Shown here: one piece after another, positions 9,429-17,563 of the stretch | Numbering within the stretch: the first letter of the stretch is position 1 | Layout of the letters: the number at the start of each line of letters is the position of its first letter | NCBI GenBank assembly: GCA_016283195.1 | Contig: JAEEML010000077.1 | Span: forward strand, 1 to 39,240 | Direction of reading: 5' to 3' | DNA: 39,240 bases | Source of the DNA: Deltaproteobacteria bacterium | Lineage (GTDB): Bacteria > JAEEML01 | Translations under genes and position numbers: made by a program | The notes under the pieces: generated by a model | What the model was told of the DNA's origin: nothing | Databases searched by the model: none | What the model saw: the letters and a program-made list of their open reading frames with translations, nothing else

Positions 9429-10988
9429 TCACGCTCTGCCGCCAACGGTTATCTTGGAAACTCTAACCGCCGGAAGGCCAAAATTAACACTTACCCGCTG
9501 GGAACCGCCGGCGCTGTGTTTGCCGCAATAACCAGATGCCGTCTCTGGCATGGCAAAATCATTGGCTACCCGATCTATTCGGCCAAGAATTTCCGGCCCG
9601 TTGCCCACCAGATTAACATCTTTAATGGGGCTGGTTAATTTGCCGTTTTCGATTAAATATCCGTAGTTTATGTAGAAAACAAAGTCACCTTGACCAATAT
9701 TGGCGCTGCCGTTGGTAAAACTTATGGCATAAATGCCGCGGGCTATGCCGGCAAAGAGTTCTTCTTTGTTATGCGGGCCATTTAAAAGCAGCGTATTGGT
9801 CATCCGCGGAATAGGTTGAAAGCGGAAGGATTGCCTCTTCCCGTTGCCGGTGGGTTCAACATGGTAATGACTAGCCGAAATGCGGTCGTGCATATAGCTT
9901 TTTAAAATGCCGTTTTCCACCAAAACGGTGCGGTGGCCGGGATTGCCTTCATCATCCACACTAACCGAACCGTCGGCATGCGGTATGGTGCCGTCATCGA
10001 CTATAGTACATAGTTCCGAAGCCACTTTTTGCCCCATTTTATCGGAAAAGAGCGAAACACCTTTGCGGTTAAAATCGGCCTCCAGGGCGTGGCCGATAGC
10101 CTCGTGCAAAAGGATACCGGATTCACCGGGTGCCAAAACCAGCGGCATCTCCCCAGCCGGCGGGGTAATAGCTTCCAGACATATTTCCGCCCGCCGCACC
10201 GCTTCTTTGGCCACCCGCTCCGGCGCGTCGCCGGCAAAAATTTCCTGATTGGTGCGCCCACCTAAAGAAAAGCTGTTGCGCTCCACCCGTTCACCGGAGC
10301 GCACACTCACTGTACAGCCCAAGCTAACGCGCGGGCGAGCATCGCTACATACCAGACCGTCGCTGCGCACAATGAGCACCTGGTCAAAAGTGCTTTGCAT
10401 ATAAGTAATAACAACTTCCACTTTGGCCGAAGCCGCCCGCGCTGCCTTGTCCACCCGGCGCAAGATGGCCATTTTATCGGCTATGGGCCATTCTGTGGGC
10501 AGGTAGGTAATAGGGAAGCGGTTTTCCACTTTAACCGGCTTTAATAGATCCGGCCCATTTACCGCCGACCCATGGGCAATAAGGGCCGCCGTTTTGGCCG
10601 TATTCAAGAGCGCTTCCAAAGTGAGCTCTTCGGTATAGGCATAACCCACCTGGTCACCCACCACCACGCGCACTCCGGCTCCCATATCGGTGGTGGCCCA
10701 GGCATCGTTGACGATACCCTCTTCCAAACTGAGCCCATCACTGGCCCGGTTCTGAAAATATATCTCCGCAAAATCGCCGCCCCGTTTTAAGGCTTCCTGC
10801 AACACTTTTTGGCAATCTTCGGCACTCACCCCAAATAGCGGGCCATATTCCCAGCTCCCGGGGGCCGGCGCTGGCCCAGCGGCCACTTTGGGCGCTTTAC
10901 CGCAGCCTGGCAACACCGCCGACATACAGAGCAGCGACCCAGCCGCCGCCGCGCCTTTCAAAAAATCCCTTCGCGTCATATCATACAT
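9429..10988 (-). CDS. tldD: TldD metallopeptidase with twin-arginine/lipoprotein signal
   Basis: GGDFAEIY, LLHEAIGHALEAD (HExxxH), DDEG, PRMTNT, YCGK. N-terminus has TRRDFLK, a hydrophobic stretch and LPGC. Start ATG 10988 after GGAG. Confidence 0.92.
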   Translation of the reverse strand: MYDMTRRDFLKGAAAAGSLLCMSAVLPGCGKAPKVAAGPAPAPGSWEYGPLFGVSAEDCQKVLQEALKRGGDFAEIYFQNRASDGLSLEEGIVNDAWATTDMGAGVRVVVGDQVGYAYTEELTLEALLNTAKTAALIAHGSAVNGPDLLKPVKVENRFPITYLPTEWPIADKMAILRRVDKAARAASAKVEVVITYMQSTFDQVLIVRSDGLVCSDARPRVSLGCTVSVRSGERVERNSFSLGGRTNQEIFAGDAPERVAKEAVRRAEICLEAITPPAGEMPLVLAPGESGILLHEAIGHALEADFNRKGVSLFSDKMGQKVASELCTIVDDGTIPHADGSVSVDDEGNPGHRTVLVENGILKSYMHDRISASHYHVEPTGNGKRQSFRFQPIPRMTNTLLLNGPHNKEELFAGIARGIYAISFTNGSANIGQGDFVFYINYGYLIENGKLTSPIKDVNLVGNGPEILGRIDRVANDFAMPETASGYCGKHSAGGSQRVSVNFGLPAVRVSKITVGGRA

Positions 10989-11023
10989 GATAAACTCCAT
11001 GAATTATTATAGGATTTTATCTA

Positions 11024-11545
11024 TCACCCTATTTTTTCGATAATACTGCCCTCGCCCAGGCTTGTCAATAGCGCGGCGGCTATTTCGCCCACCTTCCTGG
11101 CAAAACCCGGCAAAATGAGCTCCGGCGCCAATTCGGCCAGCGGCACCATCACAAAGGGGCGGCCGCTCATGCGCGGATGTGGCAAAGTGAGGCTCTTACT
11201 ATTTATAATAATAGTATCAGTTACGAGCAAATCGAGATCAATAGTGCGCGGGCCGTTAAGCTCATGCTTTTGGGGCCGCCCCAGCGCAATTTCTATTTGC
11301 TGCATCTCTGTCAAAAGAGCCCGCGGGCTGTTAGTATGCTTTATTTCTATCACCGCGTTATAAAACGGCGGCTGCGCCACCCCGCCCCAGGGCAGAGAGC
11401 GGTATAAAGCCGACTTAGCCACTATTTCGTGGCCGAGAGCTTCCAACATCGCGGCGGCCTCTTTAAAAGTATTTGGCACATCGTCGATATTGCCGCCCAA
11501 AGCTATATAACTAATATGATTATTATTTTTATAGACAGGCGCCAT
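11024..11545 (-). CDS. folK: 2-amino-4-hydroxy-6-hydroxymethyldihydropteridine pyrophosphokinase
   Basis: YIALGGNI, FYNAV, GPRTIDLDLL, LTLPHPRM..RPFV..PLAEL. Start position uncertain. Confidence 0.93.
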   Translation of the reverse strand: MAPVYKNNNHISYIALGGNIDDVPNTFKEAAAMLEALGHEIVAKSALYRSLPWGGVAQPPFYNAVIEIKHTNSPRALLTEMQQIEIALGRPQKHELNGPRTIDLDLLVTDTIIINSKSLTLPHPRMSGRPFVMVPLAELAPELILPGFARKVGEIAAALLTSLGEGSIIEKIG

Positions 11546-12746
11546 TTTTGCAATCACCTGGACACTTTTCCTCAAAATTAAAGAAATAATAAGCTCCGTC
11601 CATGGCTTTTCGGCACTCTATTCCGTAGATAAATTTAAATTTATTATCACCGCTGCCACCGGTAGAACATTCGCTATAACCGGCTTCAGTATCATCAGGT
11701 GTACAGGGGCTCACACAATCTGAATAACCTTTATTAAGCTGGCGGCAGAGAGGCATTCCCATGCCTTCTTCGCCTTTACCGCACTCAATAGATACCCAAT
11801 CGTTCGTTTCTGTCGAGCAGTAATAGAGCGTATTTTGTGCACAAAGGTCATCACTGGTTTGATAATCGCAAGTGCCGCTGGGGAGGCTATCAACATCACA
11901 AATACCATTTTTGCAAAAGTTCTTACACTCGGTGGTCTCATGAAAATAGTGATATTTATTGTCATTGCCAAGACGGCATACATAATTATCAAGCGCCTTG
12001 CCGGAAGCCGCGCAACCGTAGGTATCATTTTTGTTACAATCCGTCACGCACTGGGGCATAAAGTCGCCATAAAGTTTTGAGCACTCTGTGCCGCCGCCGC
12101 AGGTATGCCTCGTAACCACCGCCCCTTCACAGGTATAATAGGAATTACCATAACAATCGGGCACAAATTCGCCTGGCTTGCAAGAGGCGCCTTCTTTGGG
12201 AGGCGGCGATTTCAAACACTTGCCATCCCGGCAACCATACTCACAGGGGTTATCGGTAAAAGAAAATTCATAATAGCTGTCAGAGCCTTGCACTTTCATG
12301 CAAAAATGGGTGGATATATATTTGCCTTCGCAGGTATGATATTCTTCAAATTCGTTGTAATCACAAGGCATTACACAATCAACAAAGTTATCTTCAAGGA
12401 GTTTTTGGCAAGTGAGCCCGCTAGCTAATTTATTGCAATCACGAACAGTTAAAAGCCCCTTGGCGCCACAAAAATGGGCTACATTATCTTCATCACAATA
12501 TTCTTGATACGTAGAATCACAGGGCTCGGTAAGCACCACATCAACGCCGTTATAAGGCTCATCATCATCATCGCTTTCCTGATCATCGGTTATGGTATCA
12601 GGCGGGGATTTATCACTCTGCCCATCCGCCGGTGCCACATGAAGCGGCCCCGTTTTATCGGTCTTAGGCTTAACATCATTTTTACAAGCTAAAACCAGGA
12701 AAGGAAGAGACAGGGAGAGAAGAAAAAGCTCTTTTGATTGGCGCAT
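11529..12746 (-). CDS. Cysteine-rich lipoprotein with three 12-Cys repeats
   Basis: Lipobox LVLAC, acidic linker, then three ~100-115 aa units each with 12 Cys and ending CxxxCxxGxC. Confidence 0.8.
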   Translation of the reverse strand: MRQSKELFLLSLSLPFLVLACKNDVKPKTDKTGPLHVAPADGQSDKSPPDTITDDQESDDDDEPYNGVDVVLTEPCDSTYQEYCDEDNVAHFCGAKGLLTVRDCNKLASGLTCQKLLEDNFVDCVMPCDYNEFEEYHTCEGKYISTHFCMKVQGSDSYYEFSFTDNPCEYGCRDGKCLKSPPPKEGASCKPGEFVPDCYGNSYYTCEGAVVTRHTCGGGTECSKLYGDFMPQCVTDCNKNDTYGCAASGKALDNYVCRLGNDNKYHYFHETTECKNFCKNGICDVDSLPSGTCDYQTSDDLCAQNTLYYCSTETNDWVSIECGKGEEGMGMPLCRQLNKGYSDCVSPCTPDDTEAGYSECSTGGSGDNKFKFIYGIECRKAMDGAYYFFNFEEKCPGDCKNGACL

Positions 12747-12886
12747 CGCAGTTCCTCCGGCACAAAACAGCCGTTAATCATATAACAGTAAAAGCCAGTG
12801 CAAAACAATGGTACAAATTTATGATGGCCGCTTTTGTTAAGCTGTGCTAGTATGCGCCCGTTTCGTTGGGAAACCAAGGAGGAACT

Positions 12887-15805
12887 ATGTCTAAAAATAT
12901 AAAAAAACCGCGATTCGCCTTAATGCCATGGCTGGCCGGGCAGGTTACCAGCCGCGGTCCGGCGCTCTGCATAATAGCAGCTTTTATACTCATCACCCTC
13001 ATGTGCGCTTACCAAATGCGCCTTTTAAAAGATGAAAACGATATTCTGGCCTTTTTACCGGAAGGCAACCCGGAGGTAGATCTTTTTTACAATATTAACA
13101 ACGAGTTTGGCGGCCTTGATATGGCCCTCGTGGGCATTGAGTCTCCGGATATTTTCACGCCCGACTTTTTGCGCCGCCTCGATAAAACCTCAAAAGAACT
13201 GCGCGAGATTATCGGCCTCAATTCGGTAATGAGCCTCAGTAACGTCATCGACTACGAAGCCGACGAAGAACAAGGCGGCGTCACCATGGGCCCGCTTTTG
13301 AGCTCCATCCCCACTTCTCAGGAAGAGGCCTTGGCTTTTAAAGAAAAAGCTTTAAGCCGCGACCATTTAATCGGCAATCTGGTTTCCGAAGACGGCAACG
13401 CCATCGTCATTTACTGCTACCTGGCCTATAAGAGCGACCCTAATATTATCTCAGCCAAAATAAAGGATATTGTTAATAAAAACTTTCCGAACGAAGCCAA
13501 ATACTGGGGCGGTCAACCCTTTATTTCTTCTTATGTTTACCAGGTTACGCAAAACGATTTGCACAATCTAATTCCCTGGGCACTTTTAGCCATTGTCGCC
13601 ATTTTGATTATCTCTTTCCGCGATGCTTTCGGTTCACTATTGGTTCTGGGCACCACCGGCATGGGCGTCATCATCACCTTTGGCCTCATGGCCACTTTTA
13701 ACGCTCCTTACAATATTGTCATCAGCGCCATGCCCATCGTCCTCTTTGCCATCGGCAGCGCCTACAGCACTCACTTTATTTCGCGCTATTATAATTATGT
13801 TACCAAAATGGATAAAGATGCGGCCATTATTAAAGCCATGAAGACTGTCGGCCCCATCGTTATTGCTTCCGGCCTCACCACCATGGTGGGCCTCGGCAGC
13901 TTTATTTTTATGGATATCACCCCTTTAAGGAGCTTTGGTATTTACACCGCCCTGGGCATTTTTGCCAGCCTGGTGCTCTCGGTTACTTTTGTGCCGGCTG
14001 TGCTGCATTTGGGCAACTTCCGCCGCCACACCTCGAGCGATTCGCCTTTACAGCGCAAGCTCATGGTGGAACTTTGCGTCTTTGCCCGCCGCTTTAGAAA
14101 GCCGCTCATCGCCACTATGGCCGTAGTTACGGCTGTGGGCATTTTCTTTGCCGCCAAAGTGGATGTAAGTGCCGACCAAAGTTCATTTTTTGCCAAAGGC
14201 AGTTTGCCGGATTTAGCCGATGAGTTCATGCAAAAGAACTTTGGCGGCGCCGGCTTTGTTCAGCTGCTTGTTAATGGCCCCATGGATGACCCGACAGTTA
14301 TCCGCGAGATGCGCGCTCTTGGCGACAAAGTAATGGAAATTCCCGATGTTACCTCAGCTGTTTACATTGGTTCCGTGCTCTCGCAATCCAATGACGCCAT
14401 GTCGGGCTATAGCCGCGTGCCCGATAATCCGGCCCAGGCCAAATTGCTCTATGCCTTCTTCCAGGGCGACCCGACAGTCGGCCAGATGATCAACAGCAAA
14501 CACACCCGGGCCCTCATGCAAATAAGAGTGCAGTCTCTTAATTCCGAGCGCCAAAACGAAGTTTTAAAAGAGATAGAAAAGCTGACAGCTGGCATGAATG
14601 GCCAATATGCCGTCTATAAAAACGACACCGAGCGCAGCAAAAGCTATCTCTATGATATGACAGCAAAACACATAGCTGCCTTATCTCGTGAATATGGTGC
14701 TACCGCCAAACCTCTGGCCGATATTCGCGCTTCCATAGCCGCACCTTTTGCCCTGCCCACCGAAAAAGTGGTAGAGCGCCTGGCCGACTTTATGACTTCC
14801 GCCGAATGTGCTGTGCCGCTAGAAACCAGTGGCGAAGTAAATAATAAGAGCGTCGCCGCCGTCATCGGCACCCTCGGCGACACTTACACTCCGGAAGCTC
14901 TGGAAGCCAAAGTAAAAGAGGCTCTCGGCGAAGAGCGCTTTGCCGAAATGGGCGAAGATCTTTATCTTTCTATCGAAACACCCCTGGCCGAATACTGGCG
15001 CCTCGCCAAGGCCGAAGTAGTTACCGAGCGCCTTTTAAACGACAAAGTAATCGTCCTCGCCGCTAGTGCCAAAGGCCAGCGCCTGCCCAAGCAGCTCACC
15101 ATGACAGCCATGGATTTAACCACCGAAAGCGTGCTCATGCCCTACCATGAGGGCGATAACGTGGCCGCCGGCAGCCTCATTAATCTGGATGCCAGCGTCA
15201 GCGGTTTGCCGGTGATGTATCGCGGTCTCTCGCGCTCTGTAGCCGCCAATCAAGTAAAGAGTCTGGTTTTTGCCCTTTCCGGCGTCTTTTTGATTTTAAC
15301 CATTATTTTCGGCTCTTTTACCAGTGGCCTTTTAGCCACCTTCCCCACTCTGCTCACTTTGCTCTTCGTCTATGGAGCTATGGGCTTTTTGAATATCCGT
15401 TTGGATATCGGCACCTCCATGCTGGCCAGTATTATTCTCGGTATGGGCGTTGATTATGCTGTACACCTAACAGCCGCCTGGTATGCGCCGGAAAAAGAGC
15501 CGATTATCAAGTGCGCCGCCAATGCCGCCGACCAAGCCGGCCCCTCTATTTGGACTAATGCCATTATGATCTTTTGCGGTTTCTTTGTGCTCACTCTTGG
15601 CCAGGCAGTACCGCTTAAAAACGTTGGCGGACTGACGGCGGCAGCCATGCTGGTGGCCGCCCTGGTTACTTTCTTTGTTATCCCGATGCTTTCGCGGCGT
15701 CATGTCTATTATGAAGCCTCACACAGCGAGGATGAAGCTCTGCCCTCCGAGGCCGTAAATAACGTACTTTCAAAACTTGTGGAAAACCAAGCACATACGA
15801 GGTGA
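12887..15805 (+). CDS. MMPL/RND superfamily transporter
   Basis: Two repeats of TM + large periplasmic loop + TM bundle; GMGVDYAVH motif. Start ATG 12887 after AAGGAGG. Confidence 0.9.
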   Translation: MSKNIKKPRFALMPWLAGQVTSRGPALCIIAAFILITLMCAYQMRLLKDENDILAFLPEGNPEVDLFYNINNEFGGLDMALVGIESPDIFTPDFLRRLDKTSKELREIIGLNSVMSLSNVIDYEADEEQGGVTMGPLLSSIPTSQEEALAFKEKALSRDHLIGNLVSEDGNAIVIYCYLAYKSDPNIISAKIKDIVNKNFPNEAKYWGGQPFISSYVYQVTQNDLHNLIPWALLAIVAILIISFRDAFGSLLVLGTTGMGVIITFGLMATFNAPYNIVISAMPIVLFAIGSAYSTHFISRYYNYVTKMDKDAAIIKAMKTVGPIVIASGLTTMVGLGSFIFMDITPLRSFGIYTALGIFASLVLSVTFVPAVLHLGNFRRHTSSDSPLQRKLMVELCVFARRFRKPLIATMAVVTAVGIFFAAKVDVSADQSSFFAKGSLPDLADEFMQKNFGGAGFVQLLVNGPMDDPTVIREMRALGDKVMEIPDVTSAVYIGSVLSQSNDAMSGYSRVPDNPAQAKLLYAFFQGDPTVGQMINSKHTRALMQIRVQSLNSERQNEVLKEIEKLTAGMNGQYAVYKNDTERSKSYLYDMTAKHIAALSREYGATAKPLADIRASIAAPFALPTEKVVERLADFMTSAECAVPLETSGEVNNKSVAAVIGTLGDTYTPEALEAKVKEALGEERFAEMGEDLYLSIETPLAEYWRLAKAEVVTERLLNDKVIVLAASAKGQRLPKQLTMTAMDLTTESVLMPYHEGDNVAAGSLINLDASVSGLPVMYRGLSRSVAANQVKSLVFALSGVFLILTIIFGSFTSGLLATFPTLLTLLFVYGAMGFLNIRLDIGTSMLASIILGMGVDYAVHLTAAWYAPEKEPIIKCAANAADQAGPSIWTNAIMIFCGFFVLTLGQAVPLKNVGGLTAAAMLVAALVTFFVIPMLSRRHVYYEASHSEDEALPSEAVNNVLSKLVENQAHTR

Positions 15806-15808
15806 AAA

Positions 15809-16567
15809 ATGAAAATGCAAAACTTAATCCGTTCCCTACTCTGCTCTTCTCTGATGTTAACCGCTACCGTGCCGGCCCTGGCTGACGAACGTGGGGACAA
15901 AGCCCTGCAAGAACTCGACAAATCAATGACCGCCGCGCCAAAGCAGTATTTTATCTTTGATCTAATCACCAAAGATCCCGGCAAGGAGCCCAAAAAATTC
16001 ACTTACAAAGTTTATCTAAAAGGCAGCGACAGCCGGCGCATCGAGTTTTTGGAGCCCGGCGATCAAAGAGGCTTTAAAGTGCTCTTGACCGGCGACCTCA
16101 TGTACACTTATTTGCCCGCTTTTAACAAAGTGCGCCGCGTGGCCGGCCACGTGCGCGACCAGGGCTTCATGGGCACTGCCTACAGCTACGATGAGATTTC
16201 TATCGTTGTTTATTCCCCGGTTTTTGAGGGCAAATTCATCTCCGAAACCGATAAAACCATCACCGTCGAAGCAACCCGCCGCCCCGGCAAAGAAGGCGCA
16301 TTCCGCTTTCCTAAATTGGTGTTTGTCTTAGATAAAACTCACCACCAACCGCTGGAGATTGCCTACTACAATGAGCAGGGCGAAAAAGTAAAAACCGAAA
16401 CCCGCTCGCAGTATGAATGCAAAGGCGCTTTTTGTAACCCAAAATTAATGAAAATGGTTGACCACGGGCGCAACAATGTGGAAAGCTTAATGATCCGTAA
16501 AGAGTGGATTCCCAACCCTCAAATTGACGAAGACCTCTTTACAGTGCGCAGCTTACAAAAGCGCTAA
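15809..16567 (+). CDS. LolA-like outer membrane lipoprotein-sorting protein
   Basis: Signal peptide; FLEPGDQRG..L, YLPAFNKVRRV, FMGTAYSYDEI and C-terminal IDEDLFTVRSL, typical of LolA-like partners of MMPL genes. Confidence 0.8.
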   Translation: MKMQNLIRSLLCSSLMLTATVPALADERGDKALQELDKSMTAAPKQYFIFDLITKDPGKEPKKFTYKVYLKGSDSRRIEFLEPGDQRGFKVLLTGDLMYTYLPAFNKVRRVAGHVRDQGFMGTAYSYDEISIVVYSPVFEGKFISETDKTITVEATRRPGKEGAFRFPKLVFVLDKTHHQPLEIAYYNEQGEKVKTETRSQYECKGAFCNPKLMKMVDHGRNNVESLMIRKEWIPNPQIDEDLFTVRSLQKR

Positions 16568-16609
16568 TTTATATACTATAAGCATTAGCTGATTTTATTG
16601 AGGTTAAAC

Positions 16610-17485
16610 ATGAAACGTTCTCTATTTATTCTCTCTCTTATATTGGTTATCGGCTCCGTTACTGCCTGCCGCGACGATAAGAAGCCTACCGAGGAGCCAA
16701 AACCAGGCACCAAAGATACCTCTACCGATGCCACTGCCGAGTGGCGCGAAGCTTGTGCTAAAACCAGCGGTCACTATTTTGACTGCGCCACGGCTAAAAG
16801 CGGTGAATCGGTTATTTTAACCTGCGATAACAGCAAATTTGTCCAAGCGGCTTACTGTTATGAAAACAGCACTTGCTCTATGGACAAAGAGAAAAACGAA
16901 GCTGTCTGCGGTTGCAACACCGGCTATGATTTAACAGCCAATAATGGCGGTTATTATTGCAAACAGCGCGATGATTATCCGCAAGAAGTTTTTAAAAACT
17001 GCGCCGATAGTGCCAGCGACCACTCCGCTTGTGTAACCAGCGGCTCCGATGTCTGGGCTGTGGATTGCTTTGATGGCAAGCCTTACGCCAATGATGGTAC
17101 CGGTAACTGCACAAAATTAAACAAAAAATGCAGTGAAGTTATTTACCAAAACGGCATTTTCCACGAATGTGTCGATTGTCTTAATGATAACGATTGTACC
17201 GTGCCCAGCGACCTTGATTACGAGCATGCCGGCGCCGTCTGCAACAACGGCACCTGCCTCATAGGCTGCGAATTCGGCTGGAAATACAGCTTTGATGAAG
17301 ATCTGGAAGAGGCTTCATGCGAAAAGATTAAAGATCCATGCCATAAATCGAGCGACTGCACCAACACTATTCCCCATTCTGTAGGTATTTGTAATAATTT
17401 TGCCTGCGAATATGCCTGTGTAGAGGGCTGGAAAAATGTTTGGAACGAAGGCGTTTGGTCCTGCGAGGAAGAAATTAAAGAGTAA
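16610..17485 (+). CDS. Cysteine-rich lipoprotein with EGF-like modules
   Basis: Lipobox VTAC; CYENSTC...VCGCNTGY...YC; two C-terminal 6-Cys repeats. Start ATG 16610 after GAGG. Confidence 0.75.
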   Translation: MKRSLFILSLILVIGSVTACRDDKKPTEEPKPGTKDTSTDATAEWREACAKTSGHYFDCATAKSGESVILTCDNSKFVQAAYCYENSTCSMDKEKNEAVCGCNTGYDLTANNGGYYCKQRDDYPQEVFKNCADSASDHSACVTSGSDVWAVDCFDGKPYANDGTGNCTKLNKKCSEVIYQNGIFHECVDCLNDNDCTVPSDLDYEHAGAVCNNGTCLIGCEFGWKYSFDEDLEEASCEKIKDPCHKSSDCTNTIPHSVGICNNFACEYACVEGWKNVWNEGVWSCEEEIKE

Positions 17486-17563
17486 GCGGCAAAATCTATT
17501 GCCAATCACTAAAAAATGTGATTTTTAGCCATTTTAGCCATTCTTGCGATGGAGTCAGTTGTT

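Noticed and set aside
8086-12746. RiPP/microcin cluster suggested by TldDE
   Set aside because: No precursor peptide, YcaO or other modifying enzyme is visible nearby.
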